A stretch of DNA of 64,000 bases from Chrysomallon squamiferum (taxonomy: Eukaryota; Animalia; Mollusca): assembly GCA_012295275.1 (NCBI GenBank), contig CM022665.1, positions 3,286,001-3,350,000 on the forward strand. The letters run 5' to 3'. Below the pieces are notes generated by a model that saw nothing but the letters and a program-made list of their open reading frames with translations, ran no database searches and was not told where the DNA came from. Position numbers and translations under genes: made by a program. Positions 1-9,794 of this stretch are shown here, piece by piece. Numbering within the stretch: the first letter of the stretch is position 1; every line of letters starts with the position of its first letter.

Positions 1-475
1 ATAGACCTGTGTCATTTTAGCTACTGAAAATCTTAATATTTGTAAAGTTTGTAATACATTGTTTTATTAATGACTGATTTTATATTCAGGACTGTAAATT
101 ATTTATTTATGTGAAATAAACAATATTTGAAAGTACTGTAATTATTTACCAAATTCTTAAAAAGTTTTTTGAATTTACATGTAAAATCTGTTGCAAATTA
201 TGTAATCTGTGTAAAATGTTTATTTACCTATTTATTTTACAGGGAACATTGTGCTTTATTGACTTATTCAAAGTAATTTATTTTAGACATAATGCAGTTG
301 ATCACCAGTTTTCAATATAAATACCATTCACTTGTGTTGATATTTTCTTAGGTTTGATGTTATTTCATAATGGACAAGATTGATAGTATCATTTATGATA
401 TAAACACGTAGATGTGTAAACTTGATTAATTCCACAAAGTTGTTACAGTATCCAATATAAACATGAAAAAAACAA

Positions 476-530
476 TGGTGTGGTGATGAAACTGACATTG
501 AAGAATTTTCCCAACGTGTTCTGAGCGCCA
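476..530 (+). ncRNA. SNORD2: Box C/D snoRNA copy 1, internally deleted (lacks the D' guide, keeps the D guide)
   Basis: TGGTG-TG-GTGATGA-aa-CTGA-cat-TGAAGA-attttcccaacgtgtt-CTGA-gCGCCA. Box C, box D and terminal stem are present, but GTAACATCTTTCGGG of the other copies is deleted. Confidence 0.6.
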
Positions 531-1031
531 CAAAAAATTAACAAATTTTATGGGACCTGAAATTGCAGACAAATAATTTTATTTACCTGTTTTTGGAAAA
601 ATTATATTTCATACTATTTTATTAAATTTAACTGATATTTAAATTTAACTTTTTATTTTATTTTATTTTATTTTATTTTTTTTTTGAAAATAGTTGTTAG
701 TGTAAAATACTGTTGTTAAATTTCTGATTAGTTGTAAAACTATATATTCTGTAGGAAAATACAGGTGAATGAAGTATTTTGGTTTAATTTTGGTAAGTAG
801 TGGTCATAAAAATGAAATAAATGCGAATTTTCTGCTTATTTTATTATGGGAAAAACAAGAGTTAACATAAATAATGATAAGTTTTCATAAGAACTAAGCA
901 TTAAAATTGTTTTCATTCATTGTTTGAGTAATTTCAGTCTATTACATCTATTAATGATTGATTAGTTTAAAACAAATATTAAAGCTACTGGACTTTATGG
1001 AATTTGTAAATAGAGAATTAATCATATCTGG

Positions 1032-1069
<38 letters not shown>

Positions 1070-1284
1070 TGCTTTAACAGCGGTTTTATGTTTTGGGAGT
1101 TTTCTCCACTTTCTTCACATTATTATTTTTTTTTTTTTTTAAGTAGACATTAACTTAAACTTTTAATCCATGTGTCCTCAGGGCATATAAAACATTACAC
1201 TTCAGTAGGAAAATGTACTTCAGATCATTCACTTCTTGTCAGTAAGCACAAGAGAAAACCTGTTTATAAGAGTATAAAACAAAA

Positions 1285-1358
1285 TGGTGTGGTGATGAGT
1301 AACATCTTTCGGGACTGACAGATCTTGAAGAATTTTTCCCAACGTGTTCTGAGCACCA
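1285..1358 (+). ncRNA. SNORD2: Box C/D snoRNA copy 2 (SNORD2/snR39B-like, 28S rRNA 2'-O-methylation guide)
   Basis: Box C GTGATGA, D' CTGA, C'-like TGAAGA, box D CTGA, terminal stem TGGTG/CACCA. The D' guide CATCTTTCGGG is antisense to conserved LSU CCCGAAAGATG; CATCTTTCGGGACTGA matches the recalled human SNORD2 core. Confidence 0.88.
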
Positions 1359-1916
1359 ATTAAATACTAAGATTTTGCAGTTAATAAAATTATGCTGATC
1401 TGTTGTTTTTGTATATGGATGTGTGTAATTTTAGCTACTGAAAATCTTAATATTTGTAAAGTTTCTAATACTGATTTTATATTCAGGTCTGTAAATTATT
1501 GCTGCTTCAGTGCCCAATGGGAAATACATAAAATATTTGAAAGTACTGTAGTTATTAATCAGATTTATTTAAAAAAATAAAAAAATAAAAAACAAAATTT
1601 ATCTGTAATATGTCACAAATTATGTAAACTATATAAAATGTTTATTTATCAATTTAATTTACAGGGAATACATTTACCTTAAAATTCCTTCTGCTTTATT
1701 GACACTGTTATTCAAAGTAATTTGTTTTAGACAATGCAGTTGATCGCCAGTTTTCAATATAAATACCATTCACTTGTGTTGATATTTTCTTAGGTTTGAT
1801 GTTATTTCATAATGGACAAGATTTTGTATCATTTATGATATAAACACCTAGACGTGTAAACTTGATTAATTCCACAAAGTTGTTACAGTATCCAATATAA
1901 ACATGAAATTAAACAA

Positions 1917-1990
1917 TGGTGTGGTGATGAGTAACATCTTTCGGAACTGACATATCTTGAAGAACCTTTCCCAACGTGTTCTGAGCACCA
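1917..1990 (+). ncRNA. SNORD2: Box C/D snoRNA copy 3 (guide variant CATCTTTCGGAA)
   Basis: Same box and stem architecture as copy 2, with a G>A change two nucleotides upstream of box D'. Confidence 0.82.
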
Positions 1991-2249
1991 CGAAAAATTA
2001 ACAAATTTTATGGGACCTGAAATTGCAGACAAATAATTTTATTTACCTGTTTTTGGAAAAAATATATTTCATACTATTAGCTGTGATATTTATTTATTCG
2101 TTTTTATTGTTTTTTAGAAAATGGTTGCTACTATAAAATACTGTCAAATTCTTAATCAGTTGTAAAACTATATATTCGGTAGGAAAATGTTGGTGAATGA
2201 AATATTTCAGTTTAATGTTAGTAGTGGTCATAAAAATGAGGGGAAAAAA

Positions 2250-2272
2250 TGGTGTGATGAGTACATCTTTCT
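2250..2272 (+). pseudogene. 5'-half fragment of the snoRNA repeat
   Basis: tggtgtgatgagtacatctttct: box C plus partial guide, then runs into a T-rich tract; no D' or D box. Confidence 0.6.
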
Positions 2273-2457
2273 ATCATTATTATTTTTTTTATTTTTCTTA
2301 TTTTTTTTAAGTAGACATTAATTGTTAAACTTTTAATCCATGTGTCCTGCAGGCATATAAAACATTACACTTCAGTAGGAAAATGTACTTCAGATCATTC
2401 ATTTTTTGTCAGTACACAAGAGAAAACAAAACTTGTTTATAAGAGTATAAAACAAAA

Positions 2458-2531
2458 TGGTGTGGTGATGAGTAACATCTTTCGGGACTGACATATCTTG
2501 AAGAATTTTTCCCAACGTGTTCTGAGCACCA
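2458..2531 (+). ncRNA. SNORD2: Box C/D snoRNA copy 4
   Basis: Intact C/D'/C'/D boxes, both guides and the TGGTG/CACCA stem. Confidence 0.88.
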
Positions 2532-2763
2532 CGAATAATTTTATTTACCTGTTTTTGGAAAAATATTTTATTTCATACTATTTTATTGAACTTAGCTGTG
2601 ATATTTATTTATATGTTTTTATTGTTTTTTAGAAATTAGTTGCTGCTGTAAAATACTGTTAAATTCTTAATCAGATGTAAAACGTTATATTCAGTAGGAA
2701 AATGTTGGTGAATGATATATTTCAGTTCAATGTAAGTAGTGGTCATAAAAATGAGGGAAAAAA

Positions 2764-2789
2764 TGGTGTGGTGATGAGTACATCTTTCT
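2764..2789 (+). pseudogene. 5'-half fragment of the snoRNA repeat
   Basis: tggtgtggtgatgagtacatctttct, truncated at the same point as the fragment at 2250. Confidence 0.6.
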
Positions 2790-2967
2790 CTCATTATTAT
2801 TCTTTTTTTCTTTTCTTTTTTTTAGTAGATATTAACTGTTAAACTTTTAATCCATGTCCCTCAGGGCATATAAAACATTACACTTCAGTAGGAAAATGTA
2901 CTTCAGATCATTTATTTCTTGTCAGTAAGCACAAGAGAAAACCTGTTTATAAGAGTATAAAACAAAA

Positions 2968-3041
2968 TGGTGTGGTGATGAGTAACATCTTTCGGGACTG
3001 ACAGATCTTGAAGAACTTTTCCCAACGTGTTCTGAGCACCA
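2968..3041 (+). ncRNA. SNORD2: Box C/D snoRNA copy 5
   Basis: Intact boxes, both guides and terminal stem. Confidence 0.88.
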
Positions 3042-3587
3042 CATAAATATTAAGATTTTACAGTTAATAAAATTATGCTGATCTGTTGTTTTTATATATA
3101 GACCTGTGTAATTTTAGCTACTGAAAATCTTAATATTTGTAAAGTTTTTAATACATGGTGGTGGCTTAATGACTGATTTTATATTCAGGACTGTAAATTA
3201 TTGATTCTGCAGTGCTCAAAGTGAAATAAACAAAATATTTGAAAGTACTGTAGTTATTTACCAAATTTTAAAAAAGAGTTCTGAATTTATATGTAAAATC
3301 TGTTGCAAATTATGTAATCTGTGTAAAATGTTTATTTACCTATTTATTTTACAGGGAACAAATTTTCTTTATTGACTTATTCAAAATAATTTATTTTAGA
3401 CATAATGCAGTTGATCACCAGTTTTCAATATAAATACCATTCACTTGTGTTGATATTTTCTTGGGTTAGATGTTATTTCATAATGGACAAAATTTAGTAT
3501 CATTTATGATATAAACACCTAGATGTATAAACTTGATTAATTTGACAAAGTTGTTACAGTATCCAATATAAACATGAAATTAAACAA

Positions 3588-3661
3588 TGGTGTGGTGATG
3601 AGTAACATCTTTCGGGACTGACAGATCTTGAAGAACTTTTCCCAATGTGTTCTGAGCACCA
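3588..3661 (+). ncRNA. SNORD2: Box C/D snoRNA copy 6 (D-guide variant TCCCAATGTGT)
   Basis: Intact boxes and stem; the C>T change in the D guide would give a G-U pair with the predicted target. Confidence 0.85.
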
Positions 3662-3923
3662 TTTAAAGAAATATACATTAGCCAAAAACCCATGTGATGA
3701 TTATTTATTCCATAGCCATGGAAACTAAGGCTATCCTGCTTTTATACTAAAGTTGTTTCTTAAAATAATAAAGATTCTATGACTCCTTAAATAAATATTA
3801 ATACTGCAGCAGTTTGCTACAGTAATTAATTTTTTATTTTTTTTTATCAGTAATGTTTTGATACTAAATTAATTTATGAAATTCGGTGTTCTTATGGTAA
3901 AGTTTTATATTTTGGAATTTCAG

Positions 3924-4613
3924 AGTAGTTGAATTTGCCACGTACACTGACATGAAGAATGCTTATGAAAAATTGGATGGCACTGAGATAAATGGAAGGA
4001 AAATCAAATTAATTGAAGATAGACCAAAAAAAAGGTATTGCTTTATTTCTGCTGCCTTTTAAATGTCTTGAAGAATGTCAGCGACTGCTTTGTTTAATGG
4101 ATAATACTGTCTATTTTAGGGTGACAGGAGGGAGATTTTGTTGATATAATCTTCTAGTTTTTTTTTTTTTTCCCGGGGGTGTTTGCTTTTTTCAGATATG
4201 AAGCTATAAGTATTTTACTATTTTATATCATATCTGAACTTTATGGTTTGAAATTATTTTATTCTGTTAATTATTGGTGTTACAATTTTTCATTTATTAT
4301 TTGCAGCCGATCGTATTCTCGCAGTCGGAGCCGTAGTTTGTCGCGTTCTCGAAGATCTAGATCCAGAAGTCAGTCCAGAAGTCGAAGCAGGAGCAGTCGC
4401 AGCCGCAGTCGCAGTAGAAGCCGAAGTCTGTCCAGAGATAAGAAAGAGGCAAAGGATCGGTCAAAAAGCAAATCGCCGGCCAACCAAAACTCAAAGTCCA
4501 GGTCCAGATCACGATCCAGATCCAGATCCTACTCCCGTTCCAAGTCACACTCACCAGAAAAAGAAGCCATTGCGAATGGTGAAGATGGTCAAGAAAATGA
4601 GAAAGATGACTGA
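3924..4613 (+). CDS. SRSF4/5/6: SR splicing factor of the SRSF4/5/6 (SRp55/B52) family, last two coding exons (5' part outside window)
   Basis: Exon 3924-4034 encodes [36 protein letters not shown] (end of RRM2 of this family). Exon 4307-4613 encodes the RS domain up to TGA. GT-AG sites and phases are consistent. Confidence 0.93.
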
Positions 4614-5234
4614 GTGCAAGTTTATTCCAAGAACTGAATGAAAGTGTGTAGATGTGAAGAAGAAAATAATAATTAGACTTGCTTCTTGATTAAGAGCATC
4701 TGTATTCCAGAAATAACAAAAAAAAAAATGAAATTTCACGAGAGCTGTACAGAAATTCTGCTTTTTTGAACACGAGAAGTGTTCTCATTTTAATCAAGTG
4801 TTTATATCTAACATGGTTATGGTCAGACCTGTAGTAGTTTTCATTGTTGTTAATTGTGCTCACACATATATTTTGTGTATGGAAAAAGTAATTTTGCAGT
4901 CTGTTACAGCATTTTCTTTTTTTTTTCTCCTAAAAGTTCAAGTATGTATTTGTTGTTCTGTTACCATGCTTTGTGTCATTTTGTTACTTACAACATCAAT
5001 TGTATATTTCTATGAAATAATTGTTGTGACTGTTGGTTATTTTAATTTTGCCACATGAGTTACAGAATGCCACATTTTAAAAACGAATCATTATTTTAGT
5101 ATTCATCTTCACTCTAGTTTTATTTTTAGTTGATGAAACTGTTGTATCAATATTCTGTGTGTTTTGTTAGAATTAGCTTCAGTATACCCAGATACAATAG
5201 ACATTTTCAAGTTCTGTGAAAAATGTTCTGAATG

Positions 5235-5629
5235 CTGTTGACCCTCGATCATGGATTCGCAGGGAAGCACCAGTCTGGGAAATTGCAAATGTAAAGATTA
5301 ACCCAAAAAATTTATCAAAACATTAAACTTTGGTCTTCATAACTGTAATATAATAATGTAAGAACAATATATAAATGTAAAAAAAAAAAAAGCAAATGTA
5401 ATACAGTATATGTAAAGAAAACTTTAGGCTAGGTAGGTGAAGTTTGTTTGTTTTTATGGTTACAGATGCAATTATAAAATCTATTATCACCTTGATGGAA
5501 AGTGCATTGAGACTCCAAATAACTTAGTGGTACTAGAGATAAGGTTTAAAGTGGGAAGTAAGTTAAAAATTTGTCATTCTGGATTTCCCAAAATTTGGAT
5601 AAAAAGTCCAAGAAATTCAGGGTCAACAG
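5235..5629. mobile_element. Non-autonomous pogo/Tigger-like MITE remnant in or near the SR gene 3' UTR
   Basis: Terminal inverted repeat aatgCTGTTGACCCT (5231-5245) / AGGGTCAACAGtatt (5619-5633), 14/15 match, with degenerate inward extension (tgggaaat/atttccca). TA at the right flank. Resembles the recalled Tigger TIR CAGTTGACCCT. Confidence 0.55.
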
Positions 5630-6110
5630 TATTTTAATTTTTATTATGCATGTAACCTTCGCATACATGATGATAATCAAAGTTAGTTTTTAGTTTAATT
5701 TTGTTAAGTTTGACAGACAAGGTTACTGTAGAAAAATGATTCTGGCCTGTTGCAGTGTAAAAAATATGGCTGGTTTAAATTTTTTTAAGTACTGTTTTCA
5801 TATTTCATATTTTAAAATCTTACTGTATTCATTAGTATTGTATAGTAATAGCCTATTAAAAACAGTAATAATAAAAAGCTTTTGTATTTTATTTAAACAT
5901 TGTTCTAATGTTGTTACAGCTATTCTATGGATAGCCATGATCTTTTAAAAATAATTAAAACAGATGTATATCCAATTATTTTCAATTAATTCTGCATTCA
6001 GTATTCATATATTTATTCAAAATATAATTATTGCATCTTTCCATTAGTAGAAAGTGACACGTCACAGCTTTTTATAAAATTCCAATGTTTCAAGAAGGTT
6101 TGTACAAACA

Positions 6111-6144
<34 letters not shown>

Positions 6145-6989
6145 ATCTAGTATATTTATTTTACTTGCATAAATGTACTAATAATGGTGACATCAAAATA
6201 AGCAGTGCATTTTTTTTTTGAGTTACATTAACTTGCAGACAGATAATTGATATCGAAATTGAATTGACAACATGCAGTTAAGCAATTTCATTTCTGATTG
6301 AACATGTAATATAGCTAACTAAATTTTAATACAGTAAAGACAGCTTAATCACTTATTTTCTTCTCTTTTTTTTTTTTTTTTTTTTTTTTTGAGAAAATTT
6401 GAATTTGTTTATACTTGGTAAGTATTCAGATTTAAAAAAGTGCGAGAAAATGAAATTCAGAAGTTGGATGTAGAATACTGGGCTAACTATACGTTTTTGT
6501 AAGTGCAAATTCTCTTGTAGACAAAAATAAACTGTTACAATTTTTATATATTTGCTTCAAAAAAGAAGTAACAATTACATCTTTACTTCCATGTTCTGTA
6601 AAGATTAACATGCTTAAAATTCAGTTCATTAGTCCAGTCGTAATTTCAGTTTTCCTTGTATCCAGTTGGGATGAATTGTGATCCATTGCAATTACGTTGT
6701 CCGAACTGTAACGAGACAAAACGATATGTTAAAAGTTTTAGAAAAAGCTCTGTAAAGATAAAAATGCCAAAATTCAGTTCATTAGTGCAAAGAGATATCT
6801 ATGAAGTTGTCTAAAAATATATTTGTATTCGTTATTAACATAATTATCTTGTATCGTCTGTGCACGTAAAAATCTACTTGCGATTTAAAGTTAAATGTAC
6901 TCGCGATGAATTTCTTGCTTTTCTTTAATTACAAATGTTTGTTCACACACGCGCGCACATACACTCATGATTCTGGTTCGTATTTTTGG

Positions 6990-8552
6990 TCAGTTACAAG
7001 TATTTAAACAAAGGAGCGTTGTAAAAGAAGGTCCCTTACCTAGAACTTCTGTTTGTAGACGCTTTGCGATGGCTCTTCTCAAGTTTAATTTAGGAGGTTC
7101 CTTTTCATCTGGGATGCCCTGCCAGTTTTCGTCCATCGTTGCAGCGGCTGCTTTCATGGTTCTTGGTCTGTGGAGCGTTTCCTGATTCTTCGCCAGCAGT
7201 TCCTTGCGCTCTTTACTGTTTAGAACCAACATCTTTTCTTGGAGCTGTTTTAAGAGATTGCTTCTCTGCTTCTCTTTGTCATCTCCTCCTTCCAGAATGT
7301 AGTTGCTCTGTATTATGCAAATAATGATGATAATGATGATATGACGGTAATAATAATAAATAAATCAAAACAACCACCACCACCACCACCACCCCCAAAA
7401 AAACAACAAAAAAACCCCACCCCAAAACGTTAAGAAATCATTAAATACACTAAAAATGATAGTATTACACTGCTATAAAAAAAAAAAAAAGTTTCAATAA
7501 TGCTTGGATGGACGACATTTTTGAATTCGAAAGATGATAATAGGCGTATTAATAAGGCTGACTAATTGACTCAACAAAAGCACATCCATACATAACTGCA
7601 TAAAAGTATTGCATAGAAAAAATATATTTGATTAAAAAAAGTAAAAAAGGAGAAAGAAACGGAATCGCTTATCGGAATTCCTAGATAACAAATATTGCAT
7701 GTTAACAAACTCAGTAGAAATACTGTTATTATAAATGTAACACCTAAATCCTTTTTCACAAGCTAAAAGTAAAGTTTTTGTTGATAAGGAAAAGAAAAAA
7801 AAAGTCTTAACCAACCTCTTTTGTTGTAATCGCTGCTAGCCTTTTAAGGAGTTCATCTTTGTTGACTGGGAATGGTTTTTCTTGGTTTGTGAGCAGAGGC
7901 TGTATATTTTTGGGCAGATCTGAGTCATATTTCAGCAAAAAAGAGAGCATGTCTTCTCTAAACGCCACGTTAGTGTTCAACATCAACTGTGTAAACTGAG
8001 CTCTGTCATCCGCCGCCTGTATATACCTGTACAGCTCCTACAGTTAAAATAAATTACTATCATCATCATCATCATCAGTATCATTTAATCAAACTGAAAT
8101 CGCATTGTATATACCGACACACACACACATGTATATATTATATAATCATCATCATCATGATTATTTTGTTCTATTATTATTAATTATTATTGAAATCACA
8201 GTTTTTCCTAACAGTAAACTATTAAAACAAAAGCTAGTATTTTTTTGTCATGTGATACCTTGTTTATTTCTTCACCTGTTAATCGTGCATTCATGTCTTT
8301 CACTGCCCCAATTATCTGTTCATCCATCAGTCCAAACTCGTCTTCATGTCCGTCCAGCAGCTTGTCTATCTGAACATAAAATAATAAATTCGATTTATAA
8401 AATACCAAACAGCTACGTACACTATAGGAAAGTTCTCATTATGCCGATTTTATGTTTATACAATCTGATCGAAATTGTACGAATTTGTAGTTGATTCATT
8501 GTCATCTCCACACTTTGTAGCATAAAGAGAAAGTGGAATAATAATAATAATG

Positions 8553-8592
<40 letters not shown>

Positions 8593-9269
8593 GTTAAATA
8601 TATTTCAAGATTCGGTTTTATTGATTATAACGTGTTTAAAAGTCAGATTTATATAATTAATACAAATATACATTATTTGGTAGTAATATAGCATGTTGAT
8701 CTAAATACACATACATGCCAATACCAGAATCTAGTTTTAACATAACGTGTACATTCTGTTAGCTGTAATGAATAAAAAAAAAAAAAAAAAAAAAAAGATT
8801 TGTAAAATGTACGAATGTTTGGTAGAGTTACATTCGGATTGACATTATCTGTACTAGGATCATTTGAAATCTCGCATGTTTGAGCCGGTATTTTCTGTTA
8901 TATTTTAATCACTCAACCATTTAAACCACTATTTAAAACATCCACCGAAGATTCAAGCAATCTGCGTTAAATAGGTTAGCAGTGTATTAAACATTTGCTT
9001 GGAAAGATGCATACTATTGTTTAGTGAGGCTATTATTTGTAATTTGAAATCTTGCATGTTTGAGCTTGTATGTTCGTCAGTATTTTACTTAGTTAGTCAT
9101 GCACTATTTAGAACATACACTAAGAGTTCGAGCAAGTTGCATTCGGTATTTTATTTGTTACTTAACATTTCTCCGAGGGATGAAAACCCAGATACGTGTC
9201 TTACCAGTAGTCTGTACTTCTCGTGAAGACGTACATTGTCAGGATTTTCCAGGTCTGACGTATCAAAAG
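6990..9269 (-). CDS. CFAP36: CFAP36/CCDC104-like BART-domain ciliary protein (first coding exon not cleanly identifiable)
   Basis: Exons 9269-9205, 8369-8259, 8037-7816 and 7307-6990 splice in frame: FDTSDLENPDNVRLHEKYRLLIDKLLDGHEDEFGL...YIQAADDRAQFTQLMLNTNVAF (BART-like; cf. HQEYKELVEKLLE / AAEDFTIFKAMM). C-terminal LRRAIAKRLQTEVLGK resembles the CFAP36 end RRLLAEKLKEEVINK. Confidence 0.72.
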
Positions 9270-9346
9270 CTAAAAACAAATATAAAATTACTATACAGAC
9301 ACTTCACAATCATTTAAGTATTTATTCTAGTTCATACTGTTCATAA

Positions 9347-9347
<1 letters not shown>

Positions 9348-9405
<58 letters not shown>

Positions 9406-9417
9406 TGATAATAATAA

Positions 9418-9448
<31 letters not shown>
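9348..9448. repeat. (AAT)n/(AAAT)n microsatellite
   Basis: Direct reading. Similar (AAT)n tracts at ~8538-8590, ~20876-20935, ~46965-47015 and ~57750-57815. Confidence 0.95.
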
Positions 9449-9763
9449 AAAGCTTCTTTCTTTAGTTAGCAAAACAGTTTTGAAAGTTTTAACATATTCA
9501 TTCATTCATTCATTTACTTACATACTTATTTATATTCAATTATTTAAAAAAAAAATTTATGTTATTATTTTTTATTTTTTTTTATAGAGGAAAAAGTTAT
9601 CTAACTGAAAAGAAGCTGCTGCAAAATAAAAACGGGTAGAAAATAAATGGTTCGACTGTACTAACAAAAATAGACGTTAGATCGATTTGTGTTTGTTAAG
9701 TGAATCTAACATCGAATGGACTACTTTCTAAAACGAAAAATGAAAACTGCGAATAATCATGTT

Positions 9764-9794
9764 ACTTCCGTTTTTGTCAACTGTTGTTAGCAAC
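9764..9794 (-). promoter_or_regulatory. Candidate promoter of the CFAP36-like gene: X-box-like (RFX) and ETS motifs
   Basis: Minus strand GTTGCTAACAAC (9783-9794, imperfect X-box palindrome) and CGGAAGT (9764-9770) lie just upstream of an ATG at 9760. Confidence 0.35.

Larger units (their letters stand above)
1..3661. repeat. Mosaic tandem duplication of intronic blocks (A, B, C) interleaved with snoRNA copies
   Basis: Block A ~1-475, ~1390-1916, ~3070-3587; block B ~531-815, ~1991-2240, ~2532-2755; block C ~1142-1284, ~2310-2457, ~2824-2967. The copies are visibly near-identical. Confidence 0.9.

Noticed and set aside
476-3661. CRISPR-like array of ~74-nt repeats
   Set aside because: Eukaryotic intron; spacers are hundreds of nt and themselves duplicated; no cas genes; repeats carry C/D boxes and rRNA antisense elements.
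4179-4306. N-terminal part of ORF 4179-4613
   Set aside because: Intronic read-through; the real exon starts at the acceptor at 4307.
7861-7920. Suspected frameshift in the CFAP36-like exon
   Set aside because: A careful recount shows the 222-nt exon is open in one frame.
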